A model generated the notes under the pieces. That model saw only the letters and a program-made list of their open reading frames with translations, did no database searches and had not been told where the DNA came from. Source: Squalus acanthias (taxonomy: Eukaryota). From it: a DNA stretch of 64,000 nucleotides. Where the stretch lies: NCBI GenBank assembly GCA_030390025.1, contig JASTWF010000088.1:1-64000 (forward strand), written 5' to 3'. Every line of letters starts with the position of its first letter. Position 1 is the first letter of the stretch. Positions 36,830-49,104 of this stretch are shown here, piece after piece. The position numbers were made by a program, and so were the translations under genes.

Positions 36830-37345
36830 GGTGAGGGCCCGGCTGCATCATCCCTGGAGGTGGCCACACTCTCCAGGGTAGAATACAGAGTGGTGATGCC
36901 ATGTGAGATGACACCACAGAGGCTGGATGCGGACACCACCACCCTCTCCTTGGCACGGCTTCCAATACCACATGTTCTGTGTGAGGCCAATCATTTCCTT
37001 CTCATTGCTGGGCCAATAAAGTCCTCATCTAGGTCCTCCTTAGCAGAGCTTGGAGAGGACCACACTCTCCGGCGAGGTCTCTCCTGGGCTGTCCCTGCCC
37101 CCCACTGCCTGGTGCTGCTCTTTGGTCCTGGGTCTTTCATCACATGCAGTCCCTCCTGCCTCACTATCTGTGACATCTGAGGAGACATCTGAAAAGCTGG
37201 ATGCAGCCCTTTGATTGATCTGTGCAACCACAATCTTTCCAGCATTCTTGCTAAAAAAACTCAGGGAGGTGATTCGACCTGACCTCAAGAGGTGCACCCC
37301 CACTATAAGTAGGCCTCGGGAACACTGTCGGAAAGTGCGCAGGCC
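36830..37345 (-). mobile_element. Probable fragment of a Harbinger Myb-like (ORF2) gene
   Basis: Minus translation SSAKEDLDEDFIGPAMRRK resembles SSAVEESDEDLPGPSFRRRL in the Harbinger Myb gene at 47418-47930. Confidence 0.45.
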
Positions 37346-38221
37346 ATGTGGTACCCTTGTTTAAAAAGGGAGAAAAGGATAGACCAAGTAATTACAGGCC
37401 AGTCAGCCTAACCTCGGTGGTGGGAAAATTATTGGAAAGAATTCTGAAGGACAGGATAAATCTTCATTTAGAAAGACACAGATTAATCAAGGATAGTCAG
37501 CACGGATTTGTTAAGGGAAGGTCATGTCTGACAAACTTGACTGAATTTTTTGAGGAGGTAACAAGGAGGGTGTTTGATGTAGTGTATATGGACTTTAGCA
37601 AGGCTTTTCATAAGGTTCCACATGGACGACTGGTCACGAAGTTAAAAGCCCATGGGATCCAGGTAAAGTGTCAAGTTGGATTCAAAACTGGCTCGGAGAC
37701 AGGAAGCAGAGGGTAATGGTTGATGGGTGTTTTTGTGACTGGAAGGCTGTTTCCAGTGGGGTTCCGCAGGGCTCAGTACGAGGTCCCTTGCTTTTTGTGG
37801 TATATATCAATGATCTAGAATTGAATACAGGGGGTATGATTAAGAAGTTTGCAGATGATACTAAAATCGGCTGTGTGGTTGATACTGAAGAAGGAAGCTG
37901 TAAACTGCAGGAAGATATCAATAAATTGGTCAGGTGGGCAGAACAGTGGCAAATGGAGTTAAATCCGGAGAAGTGTGAGGTAATACATTTGGGGAAGGCT
38001 AACCAGGAAAGGGAATACACTTTAAATGGTAGGACACTGAGTAGTGTAGAGGAACAAAGGGACCTTGGAGTGCATGTCCACAAATCCCTGAAGGTAGCAG
38101 GCCAGGTAGAAAAGGTGGCTAAGAAGGCATACGGAATGCTTGCCTTTATTAGCCGTGGCATAGAATACAAGAATGAGAAGTCACACAACACCAGGTTATA
38201 GTCCAACAGTTTTATTTAAAA

Positions 38222-38256
38222 TTACGAGCTTTCGGAGCTGCTGCCCCTTCGTCAGG
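38222..38256 (-). ncRNA. Minimal hammerhead ribozyme motif in the Penelope terminal region
   Basis: Minus strand reads CCTGACGA-A-GGGGC-AGCA-GCTCC-GAAA-GCTCGTA: CUGANGA core, helix II and GAAA core. Minimal hammerheads in Penelope pLTRs are an established feature. Confidence 0.7.
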
Positions 38257-39596
38257 TAGAGGTACATTGAGGGAATCTATTACACAGTATATATACACAG
38301 AGAGCAATTTGTCTGCAGAGATACAATCTGTTAGGAAGGCATTACATCAAAGACACATCAGAGTAAAGCTAAGACAATGAGGTGGGTCACAGGGGGTCCA
38401 ATGTGTCAAATGTTGCCGTCTGCAGTTGAGCTTTTAACTTTTTTTCTTTTTTTTTCTTGGTTGTTTTTTTTTGGTTGTTTTTTGTTGTGTTTTTTTTTAA
38501 AAACTGGAAAGACAGACAACGATGTTGAGTCACATTCTGTAGCGTGACATGAACCCGAGATCCCTATTGAGGCCGTCCTCATGGGTGCGGAACTTGGCTA
38601 TCAGTTTCTGCTCGATGATTTTGCGTTGTCGTGTGTCTCGAAGGCGACCTTGGAGAACGCTAACCTGCAGATCCGAGGCTGAATGTCCTTGACTGCTGAA
38701 GTGTTCCCCTGCCTGGCGATTGTTGCGCAGTGTCTGTTCATACGTTTTCTCAGTGTCTGCATGGTCTCGCCGATGTACCATGCTCCGGGGCATCCTTTCC
38801 TGCAACGTATGAGGTAGACAACGTTGGCCGAGTCACATGAGTATGTACCATGTACCTGGTGGGTAGCGTCCTCACGTGTGATGATGGTATCTGTGTTGAT
38901 GATCTGGCATGTCTTGCAGAGGTTGCCGTGGCAGGGTTGTGTGGTGTCGTGGTCGCTGTTCTCCTGACAGCTGGGTAATTTGCTGCGAACGATGGTACTT
39001 TTGAGGTTAGGCGGCTGCTTGAAGGCGAGTAGTGGAGGCATGGGGATGGCCTTAGCAAGGTGTTCGTCGTCATCGATGACATGTTGAAGGCTGCGAAGAA
39101 CATGGTGTAGTTTCTCCGCTCCGGGGAAGTACTGGACGACGTAGGGTACTCTGTTGGTTGTGTCCCGTGTTCGCCTTCTGAGGAGGTCTATGTGGTTTTT
39201 TGCTGTGGCCCGTCGGAACTGTCGATCGACGAGTCGAGCGTCATATCCCATTCTTACGAGGGCGTCTTTCAGCGTCCGTAGGTGTCCATCGCGTTCCTCC
39301 TCGTCTGAGCAGATCCTGTGTATTCGCAGGGCTTGTCCATAGGGGATGGCTTCTTTAATGTGGTTAGGGTGGAAGCTGGAGAAGTGGAGCATCGTGAGGT
39401 TGTCCGTGGGCTTGCGGTAGAGTGAAGTGCTGAGGTGTCCGTCTTTGATGGAGATTCGTGTGTCCAAGAATGAAACCGATTCTGAGGAGTAGTCCATGGT
39501 GAGTTTGATGGTGGGATGGAACCTGTTGATGTTATCATGTAGTCCTTTCAGTGATCCTTCGCCGTGGGTCCAAAGGAAGAAGATGTCGTCGATGTA

Positions 39597-40031
39597 CGGT
39601 GGCATAGTGGTTAGCACTGGTGCCTCACAGCGCCAGAGACCCGGGTTCGAATCTGGCCTCGGGTGACTGTCTGTGTGGAGTTTGCACATTCTCCCCGTGT
39701 CTGCGTGGGTTTCCTCCGGGTGCTCCGGTTTCCTCCCACAGTCCAAAATGTGCGGGTTAGGTTGATTTGGCTATGATAAATTGACCCTTAGTGTTAGGGG
39801 GGGATTAAATATGTGGGGTTACAGGGATAGGATGGGATATGTTAGGGGGAATTAAATACGTGGGGTTACGGGGATAGGGTGGGATATGTGTCGGTGCAGG
39901 CTCGATGGGGATTCTGTGTGAGAAAGCAGGGACAGGGTACTGGATTTGGATGATCAGCCATGATCATATTGAATGGTGGAGCAGGCTCGACGGGCTGAAT
40001 GGCCTACTCCTGCTCCTAGTTTCTAGTTTCT
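39597..40031 (+). mobile_element. tRNA-derived SINE (HE1-like) with CR1/HER1-type 3' tail, inserted into the Penelope YIDD motif
   Basis: A box (GGTGGCATAGTGG), B box (GGGTTCGAATC), V-SINE-like body, tail GATCAGCCATGATC...GGCCTACTCCTGCTCCT...TTCTATGT. ATGTA duplicated at 39592-39596 and 40032-40036. Confidence 0.88.
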
Positions 40032-41949
40032 ATGTATCTGGTGTACAGCTTTGGTTGGAGGTCCTATGCAGTGAAGAAGTCTTGCTCGAACTTGTGCATG
40101 AAGATGTTGGCGTATTGGGGTGCGAATTTGGTCCCCATGGCTGTTCCGTGTGTTTGGGTAAAAAACTGGTTGTCGAAGGTGAAGACATTGTGGTCAAGGA
40201 TGAAGCGGATGAGTTGTAGGATGGCGTCTGGAGATTGGCTGTTGTTGGTGTTGAGTACTGAGGCTGTCATCGTGGGGGATATTAGTGTAGAGTGCCGATA
40301 CGTCCATCGTGGCGAGGAGTGTTCCTGGTTCAACTGGTCCATGGGTGCTGAGTTTCTGCAAGAAGTCTGTAGTGTCGCGACAGAAGCTGGGGGTTCCCTG
40401 TACGATGGGTTTCAGGATGCCCTCGACGTACCCAGAGAGGTTCTCACACAGGGTTCCGTTGCCTGATACGATAGGACGTCCGGGTGTGTTGGCTTTGTGT
40501 ATCTTTGGGAGGCAGTAGAAGTCTCCTTCGCGGGGAGTACGTGGGATGAGAGCGCGTAGGATGTTTTGAAGGTCTGGATCGAAGGTCTTGATCAGTCTAT
40601 TGACTTGGCGGGTGTATTCTTTGGTCGGATCTGCGGGTAACTGTCTGTAGTGTTCCTGGTTGTCCAGTTGTCGGTATGCTTCTTTGCAATAGTCCATTCT
40701 GTTCTGTATGACGATGGCTCCTCCTTTGTCCGCTGGTTTGATGACGATGTTGCGGTTGGTCTTGAGAGCGTGGATGGCATTGCGTTGTGCTCGGGTGACA
40801 TTCTGGACTGTCTTGTGAGTGCGGCTGATGAATCTGGCGTTGATGCATTTCCTGACAGCTTGAGCATAGAAAACAAGAGCAGGGAGGTTATGCTTCAACT
40901 GTATAAAACACTGGTTAGGCTTCAGCTAGAGTACTGCGTGCAATTCTGGTCACCACATTATAGGAAAGATGTGATTGCACCAGAGAGGGTACAGAGGAGA
41001 TTATCAAGGATGTTGCCGGGAGTAGAGAATCTTAACTATGAGGAAAGACTGGATAGGCTGGGTTTGTTTTTCTTGGAACAGAGGAGGCTGAGAGGAGACC
41101 TTATTGAGGTGTATAAAATTAGGAGGGGCCTAGATAAAGTGGATAGAAAGGACCTATTTCCCTTAGCAGAGGGGGCATAGATTTAAAGTAATTGGTGCAA
41201 GGTTTAGAGGGGATTGAGGGGAAATTTCTTCACCCAGAGGGTTGTGGGGGTCTGGAACCCACTGCCTGAAAGGGTGGTAGAGGCAGGAACCCTAACCACA
41301 TTTAAAAAGTACTTGGATGTGCACTTGGGATGCTCTAACCTGCAGGGCTACGGACCAAGAGCTGGGAAGTGGGATTAGGCTGGATAGCTCTTTGTTGGCC
41401 GGCGCGGACACGATGGGCCGAAATGGCCTCCTTCCGTGCTGTAACTTTCTATGATTCTATTGGCGGGCTACCTGGTTCTGCAGGTGATCGGGAGAGCAGC
41501 CCATCCTTGAAATGTTAACGAGGCCCGAATATCATGTCGACATCATGAGCGCTGCCCACTCGCCCACCAGCCCGATTCCAACCTCAAGATAAAATCGACC
41601 CGAGAGACAGAATAAGAAACAGCAACCCGAAGACTGTAGAGACAGAAAAGAGATAGATAGTATTCTCTGCCACAGTAGCTCAATGGGAATATCATAACAT
41701 AAACACCCAAAAATATACAACTCCTTCAGAGCCTTCAACATCCCTTTCAGTAATTCCAACAGTCACTTTGTTAAATATCTTTACTCAGTTATAGAGTTTT
41801 ACACTAAAGACAGAAATTAAATGTTTAAAAAGTCCTTTAGTGTCAACACCATTCAGAAACCAGTAGGAGCTAAAGACCACAGAGAATTCTGCCTGATATA
41901 TGCATAATGTCTTTGATGTTGAAATGACAGTTCCTTTGTTGAACGGGAA

Positions 41950-42760
41950 TGATGTGGAACACACTACAGAGCCCCTCTCAACCTGAAGGCAGAATAAACG
42001 TCCCTTTGAGACCCCAATGGTCCTCTCAATGACCACTCTGGAGGAGGCATGTGCCTTGTTGTCGTGCTCCTCTGTCACTGTTCAGACAGCTCCTACTGGG
42101 TCATTGTTCTTGGAGCAGGGATCGGCTTTGTCACCCACAGGCCATCTGAAGAGCTCAGAGAAAGTCAAATTTCTACAGACAACTGCATCGTGCCAACTTG
42201 CAGCATATGTGGCGTTGACTGTAGGACCCACTGCACCTTGTCACACTCAATCTGTGCATTCAAGGAGTGGAAGACCCTCCTCTTGAGGTCATTGAGGGGA
42301 TTCACTGTAGGAGTTTGTAAAGCAACATGGGTCACATTGACTGCACCGTGAACCTTGGGAAAACCAGCAAACCATAAAGCTGGGTGTTCTATCTCACTGC
42401 TGCCTCGCTCTGCTATCAAACTGTTTGAATTTGTCAGCTCTCCTGTAAAGTGCGTCAATCACCTGAAAATGGAGGCCCGTACCGAACCCCGCCTGATATT
42501 ACAGAGATCGCCTGTGACTGCCAGAAATGATCTGGAGCCACAAGCATTGAGTCTGGTCATCCCCTTTCTAACCACAGAATGAGCAGTGTGGGCAGGAACT
42601 GTGACTGCAGGTCCTCATTGCAGTAGGTGGCAGTCTGCCCCATTGCCTCTTCGATGAAGCGCATTCTCCTAATACACTTCTCCTCAGTAAGGTCCTTGTA
42701 TGACCTGTGTGCCCTCTAGATTGTATGGGTGGTGCAATAGCTGGTGAGCTGTATCCTCCT
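41950..42760 (-). pseudogene. PIF/Harbinger DDE transposase (HARBI1-like) relic
   Basis: YKDLTEEKCIRRMRF (N-terminal), AGFPKVHGAVNVTHVAL..FHSLNAQIECD, AHASSRVVIERTIGVSKGR. Broken by stops and frameshifts. Confidence 0.85.
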
Positions 42761-43542
42761 TAAATTCTGCCTCACTCTCCGTAGCCCCATCCCTCCTCCT
42801 CCTGCTCCTCCATGATAAACACATACAAAGAATGCCCACAGGGAATGGCGCTCCTGCTCGAGAGAATCCCTCACTGTGGGTGGGGAGGGGTCAACACATG
42901 CCAGTGGTCTCACACCCCGCGGGCAGTCAGAAGCAGGACGCTGGAAATAATCGTTCCAGAAAGTGGTTTCCAGCTGCAGAAATGGCTGCTCAAACTCTCC
43001 ACACGCTTCAGGCTCAGAAACTCTCACTTCCCCTGTCTCAGCTGATCCTGGCAACAGCTGTGCCTTATTCCTCTCAGTCTAACTTACCCTGAGTGCATTT
43101 CCAGTGTAACAGCAGGAAATTCAGGGGGCAGTGCCACTAAATGTATTGTTATTTGCTGGGTGGGGACGACTCTGCGAGTGGATCATAGGAAGGACTAAAT
43201 TGTGTTTGGAAACTCAGGAGGAATTTTGGGGCACCAAACCAGTGTAAACAGCTTCTTCCCCTTTTCGCTGGCCAATCAACTGAGTTGTTCCAATTTTAGG
43301 CCCAGCAATACCAAAAATGGCACAGAATTTCAGGACCATTGGGATTACAACACACAAGGAGGCCGCTTGGTCCATTGGAGTACAGGTTCAATGGGCTGAA
43401 TGGCCTCCTTCAACAGTCACCTCTCCTCATCTTCAAAAGCCTCTTCAAAATCGAACACTTCAACCATTCCTTTGGTCACCCCCCCCCCCCCCCCATTACT
43501 CTTCTAACTTATCCTCAGTGCCCAATCCCTTGCAAACAACCT

Positions 43543-43667
43543 TGGAGGTGAATACTCTCTGAGTTTCTCTCGCTCCCCCGCCACAACTTTGGCCAAAGTT
43601 CGGTGATCTAGGCTTGCACCGATGATCCGGTGGTGGAGCAGGAGGAACGCTGAGGAAATTCACCCCC
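43543..43667. mobile_element. Small (~125 bp) palindromic MITE inside an L2/SINE-type tail
   Basis: Ends GGAGGTGAAT ... ATTCACCCCC (10-bp TIR, 1 mismatch) with imperfect internal symmetry. Short ttg/tt duplication at the flanks. Confidence 0.5.
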
Positions 43668-45199
43668 TTGAGATGTTTCACTGTGTTAAAGTATGAGTGT
43701 CAGCTGGTGGTCTTAATGAGATCAGTGCTTCTGTTCCCTGATGCATCCAATGCGATAAGAGTGAATTGTGCTGACAATATCAACCTATTTCAGACTGTCA
43801 CAAATAAATTCTAGTCGACAACTAGTGACACCTCTCTGCTCCACGTCTCATTGGTTAATAGTGGAGATGGGGGAGGAGTTATTGTTGAGCAGATCAACAG
43901 TTTATTGCTTTGTTCAACCAGTTTATAACATGGTTTGAACCACATCCAGGGACTTTCCAGTTATCACTTCCTTAAGACTGAACAGTCCCTTCCCAGTACA
44001 ATGCACATTGCTGGTTTGGTCATTTAAAGCTGGTTTCACAATCGGTGCAGGAAAGATGCCTTTGTTAACCGTTTACAGCCCAGTGCGTTTCTTCAGGAGA
44101 ACTTTTAACCAGGCAGACACTTTGATTCCCTGCAATCCCCCATCCTGATCTCTACCCTGCGTTCTCTTCAGTGGAAACAGTGAGCCCGATGACCCTTCAT
44201 GTGGTGGCATTGCTGTCGTTGGATCGATGTGGTGCGGTGTGTTGAGGCTGTGAAACAGTGTCGATAGCCATGGTTGAAAGGGATAGCCCTTGTCCCCGAG
44301 CAGCCATCTTGTCTTTTCTGCCTTCCTGAGGTTGAGTTTGATGAAGTTTCTTCAATTGTAAGGCAAAGTGCTCAAACTGAGCATTTAGTGAACAGCCACA
44401 ACACCCTGAAGCCAACAAGCCCAGTTACACTCAGGTGCAGCTGATCTGAGTGACCGCAGCTCGCGTTCACTAAACATTCTCCAGAAAACCCCGCCAGAGT
44501 GTCCCTAACGGGGTGTTTTTTTTAACAATGGTGTCAGACTGAGAATTACATTCGCTGGCCCTGATTTACATGGTGTCTGTGTGACCCTCGCCTGCCAGCT
44601 GCGGGATCCTCGCCTCACTTGAAAGACGGTTATTATAAAATGCCCCCAGGTGGGAATGGAGTGGCCTACAATGGACTTGGGGTATTTACATATCAATTAA
44701 AGATTCCTGTCTAATGATGCAGCCCTGCCTCAGTACTGCACTGCAGTGTCAGTCTAGAAACCTCAGTATGTGGATTGGACCTTAGGCACAATCACTGGGG
44801 AGGGTTGAGAGGGGTGTGTCACATCCCCACACTACAATTTCTTTTGGCGTGGATTATGTCCCCTCATCACATCCCAGTTGCTTAATCTTCCCCAAACATT
44901 TCATCTGATAAAATTAACAACTGTCCAATTCAAAGCTGAGAATTACAAATTGAGCCATCCTGCCACACACTTCACTCCACGTAACAACAGTTCCAAATGT
45001 CGTGCTAGTTAATGTTTGAGGGATTCAACACTAAGGATCTAGAATTGGGATTTGGGATCTGAAGATTGGGAATGCAATATTCCAATGGGGATTCTACTGA
45101 TGTCTGAAGACAGTTCTTCAGGCTCTTCGGGATGGACGGAACCATAGGGAACAAGTTCCGGGAATGATTTATAATCTATTGAAGTATGCGACTAGTCTG

Positions 45200-45491
45200 A
45201 AGGAGGCATGGACAAGGAGACGAGGGCTCTCCATTGGGCTCCTCAAGCAACGGGGGCTCCTTGCAACATGCTGCAGACAGAGTCCCCCAAATAATATTCG
45301 CCTCCTGCGTCCTACACAACATCGCCACCCAGAGAGGATTGGAGCTTCAGGAGGCAGATGAGCACGGAGACCCATCCTCCCATCAGGAGCAGGTGAGCGA
45401 ATGTGACACGGAGGTAGAGGAAGAGCGACCAACAGGTGAGCGTACAGGTAGAGATGTAAGGGTCCTTCTTATTAAGCAACACTTCCTCTGA
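45200..45491 (+). pseudogene. Harbinger transposase C-terminal fragment
   Basis: SIGLLKQR / SLQHAADRVPQIIFASCVLHNIATQRG followed by an acidic tail, typical of the HARBI-type C-terminus. Confidence 0.75.
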
Positions 45492-46479
45492 GCAGCTCAA
45501 TCCCCGTCCAGTAAACATGAAACCAATGGCCCAAGCAGTCACAGTCCTGATCAACTCAGTCATCTCTCCCTTAATTCTGCATTCTCTAACACTAAACCAT
45601 TCAACCAACTTTCACATCAAGGACTTAATGAGAAAAGATACTCAAAGCTGTTCTACAAACATTCTAAAGATAAATTGAGGAAGATTTTAATGAAGACTCA
45701 GACACAATCTTATCCATCAAATTATAAATCACCCAAGTGTCAATCTATAGTTCCTTTTTTAAAAGAAGGTTTACTCACTCTGCTACTTCTATGAAGTGTT
45801 TCCCTTGTGGCTTCAGCAGAGCTGGTGGTAGGCTGCTGTAGATCATGCTGGGGTCCATGAGATACTGGTGACCTCTGGCACTTCAGGGAAAGTGCACCAC
45901 ATAAGAAAGGGGCTGTTTCCCCAGGGTACTTTAGGCACTAAAGAGTCTCCGAGGTGGTCAAGATGGGGTGTTGAGCTGCAACGCCTGGTTAGCCCGCTTT
46001 TAGAGCAAGATGCCATCTTGGTAAAGGAGTTGAAATGCACACTAGGAATGGCCGCCCTGAGAATGATTAAGGCTCTGATGACCAATTAAATTGGCCCCTA
46101 ACGCTCATTAAAGAGGCTGCATGCCATTTTGTTGGCTAATGCTGCAATTAACGACCTCTCCAACAGCGACCATCTGAACAGGAGTACAGAAGTCGTTGGT
46201 GAGGATTGCGAGCGCTACTGAAAGCCATGCTCAGGTTTCAGCGTTCACTTGCTGCTGGAGATCGACTGACTACACTGCATTTGAAGAGGACTTTTGATGC
46301 ACAGCGGGAGACTTTCTGGGATCCTTTGTTAAGAATTCACCAACTCTCTATCAACATCTATTCTGGAAATTCTCTGAGGACGTCACCTAAAAAGAGTGAG
46401 TGCTGTGCTACTCTACCTTATTGGACACTTATAGGAGTCACCAGGAGAAAGGGAGTGATTGGTCATGGGCATCTTGCTA

Positions 46480-46841
46480 GGGGTTCCCCTTGGTCTGGAG
46501 GAGGAATGGAAGGAGGAGTTGAGGCCAGGCAGAGCAGCACTGGCTGCTGGAGGAGAGAGGGACAGGAGAGCCAGGAGGGCTCCAGGTTCGTGGTGACTTG
46601 CTGCATGCTCCACAGTCTGGTGATCATGAGAGATCAGCCGATACCACCAGCAATTGTGCCAGAGGGTCAAGCTCAGGAGCCACAAGAGGAGGAGGAAGAG
46701 GATGAGGAGGAAAGGGAAGAGGAGGAAGTTGCGGAGGAGGAGGAAGACGATGGGGACGGGGTGTGGGGGGGGGGGTGTACAGGTAGACGTCCTGCACCTG
46801 GGAGGGATGCTCCCCGCCATCTAATTGAAGATGGCTTTTGA
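46480..46841 (+). pseudogene. Harbinger transposase C-terminal fragment, convergent with the Myb gene
   Basis: SRFVVTCCMLHSLVIMRDQ, poly-Glu tract, APRHLIEDGF stop. Confidence 0.75.
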
Positions 46842-47074
46842 GAGACGCCCTCCACCATCAGACTTCGGAGCACTGTTGCCACATGCCTTACCTTCCATGA
46901 CTGAGGATCCAAGTCCACCATCTGCACTCAATCCTCCCAACACCTTCCCCATGAAGAACACAATAAAAAAGACCACCAATTCCACCACTATCCAATTACC
47001 ATAATCACTCTTTACCTAGAGAAAAAACAAACAATAAAACCATGACACAACCAACAGCTCTTACAAATATTAAA

Positions 47075-48895
47075 CTATTCACCCTGGTGCTTACCCTTAG
47101 TGGCTATCCTATCAGTGCTCTTGCCTATTCCGGTGCTTCTACCAAGTGCAACCCGAGTGGCACGCGAGGTGGATAGCTGCTGAGAAGCTGAAGAGGGCAG
47201 TTCAAATGTTCTCCTGCGACACCCTCGAGAGGCTGTGGGCTGTGATGGCCCCACCTCAGACTGTGCCATCTCAGCATGGGCTTGAGCAGTCTGGGCAGCC
47301 TGGCTGATAAGGGCATTGGTGGTGTGGTGGGGGAGGGAGCAGGAATGCTGGTATCCATGAGAGAGGCCAGTAGGTTCCTGCTCCATGATTCTCACACCAC
47401 TTTCTCAGGGTGTCTGTTCAGCCAGCCCAGTGATCTGCTGGAAGACAGCTCTCTGGGCAGCTGAGACTCTCTGCAAGCCCTTTGAAACAGGAGCCCAGAT
47501 CCACCATGGCAGCTGCCTGAGCTTTCATTGCAGCACTTTGCCGTGCCATGGAAGCAGTGTGGCATTGCATGGAAGCTGCTATGACTGCAGAAACTCCGAC
47601 CTTAGTCATCAGCTGCTGCCTGATGTTGGGCTCCACAGGTCCCTGGTTGGAATTTGCCAGCCTCTCCACACTGGAGAGGATGAGTTCCAGGCTCTGCGTC
47701 AAGCCATGGGCCAAGCTGAAGACGGACTCCTCCATCCCCCTAGCCACGACCTGTAAGCTTTCAGGCAGGCTGTTCATTGCACCAAGCATTTGGTTTGTCA
47801 AACTCATCAGCCTTCTTCTGAAGCTTGGCCCTGGGAGGTCCTCATCTGACTCCTCTACAGCAGAACTAGTGTGCGACCTTGCCACCCCCCCCACCCCCGT
47901 AGCGCCTGTGGTGTCTTTTCCACCCAGCATGGCTGCTGCCCACTAGTGCCCAGTGTGCCTCACTGTGAGGATCCGTGTTCTAACCCAGCTTCTACGTTAC
48001 ATGTGGTACCAGTCTCTGATCTGGTGCCTGCGACAATGGTAGCGATTGACACAGTGCCTTTTTCCTCACTCTCCTCCTCTTCCTCTGGAGGGTGAGGTGG
48101 CTCTTCCTCTTCTTCCAGTTCCTCTGGGGGGGTGAGGTGGATCTTGCTCCTGGGAGCCTGCAGTGATAAAGCTAGAAGGGTTAGGGTGCAGCGTGTGTTG
48201 CCACTATAGGAGAATGTGTGTGATGAGAACATATGGAGATTGTGAGTGAGGATAGGTTTGGGGGATTAGGGATCAGGAATATTTGTGGATATGTAAGGAA
48301 GCTGGAGTGGCCACATACCTCTAGGCAATATGTCCCCTGCTCTGCCTGTGGCCACGGCCTCTGCCACTCCCCTCCCAATTACCACCAGCACTCTCTCCTC
48401 AAGGGGAGTGATCTCATGCAGTCGTGCTTCCCCTCTCCCGGTCAGGTCCTGCTGGCGCCTGTTATGTGCTACCTTGTCCTGGAAGAGAAAGAGTGGTGAT
48501 TGTGATTGAGTGTATTGGCAGGTGTGTTTGTGTGTGTGTGATGCCTCACATGTTTGAAGAGCTGTGAGATGTGCCTGAAGTGTGAGTAGTGCCTGTCAAG
48601 GATGCGGTACTGTGGGTTGTGTGAATGTTAGATGGTGGATGAAGTGTGTTGAGGTTGTGATGCTGGTGGTGGGGCGGTTATTGAGCAGTTTGTTTGTGAG
48701 ATGGGCTCTTACCTTGATCAGTCGTGTCAAATCATTAATTTTTTTGCGTCATTGGAGCTATGTCCTGGGGCATGGCTCCTGGCTGTCACCTCCCGGGTGA
48801 TCTCCTCCCACATCCATCGCATTAGGTGCTTCTGTGGCCTCCTTGACCCGCAGGGTCAAGGACATCCCTCCTCCTCTGGACCTCCTCCACCAGAA
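47075..48895 (-). pseudogene. Harbinger Myb/SANT (trihelix) DNA-binding gene relic with three exons (~48895-48713, 48478-48319, 48157-~47075)
   Basis: ILVEEVQRRRDVL..WEEITREVTARS..RT*LQ*RKKINDLTRLIK | DKVAHNRRQQDLTGRG..ITPLEERVL. Canonical GT-AG boundaries; in-frame stops. Confidence 0.8.
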
Positions 48896-49104
48896 TTGCA
48901 GTTTGCAAAATTTATTGCCCCACAAGCCAGTCACTGGAGGTGAGATGCCTAAGTCCTGGGTTGGAGGCCACCAGCAGTGTACCTCCTAAATGTACCCTTT
49001 TGTTTTTCTCATTTATTTCACGTTATGTTGTCTTATTAATCCATTTAGGTCACAATTGCAAATATTGGAAATCTGAAATAAGAACAAGGTTGCTAGAAAT
49101 AAGA

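Larger units (their letters stand above)
38173..40863 (-). mobile_element. Penelope-like element (RT + GIY-YIG endonuclease, Neptune-like Cys linker), degenerate
   Basis: IKPADKGG, LPKIHK..GRPIVS, DVSALYTNIPH, GTAMG, YIDD, YRKPT; linker PCHGNLCKTC; VVYLIRC..WYIGET. Flanked by GCATAGAA(T/A)ACAAGA at 38158-38172 and 40864-40878 (15-bp TSD, 1 mismatch). Confidence 0.93.
37347..41460 (+). mobile_element. CR1-clade LINE (5'-truncated, RT to 3' tail) interrupted by a Penelope element at 38173-40863
   Basis: PLFKKG..NYRPVSLTSVVGK, QHGF, YMDFSKAF, GVPQGS, FADDTKI. Resumes at 40,864 with LYKTLVRLQLEYCVQFWSP..RRLRGDLIEVYK. Tail ...TTCTATGATTCTAT. Confidence 0.93.

Noticed and set aside
39597-39670. 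tRNA gene
   Set aside because: The A/B boxes belong to the tRNA-derived head of a SINE that continues into SINE body and LINE tail and is flanked by a TSD.
38601-39746. 381-aa ORF as a novel fusion protein
   Set aside because: The N-terminus (MDCGRKPEHPEETH..) is antisense SINE sequence read by chance into a broken Penelope RT.
41950-42760. Domesticated HARBI1 host gene
   Set aside because: Multiple stops and frameshifts and altered catalytic motifs; it is a decayed transposon copy.
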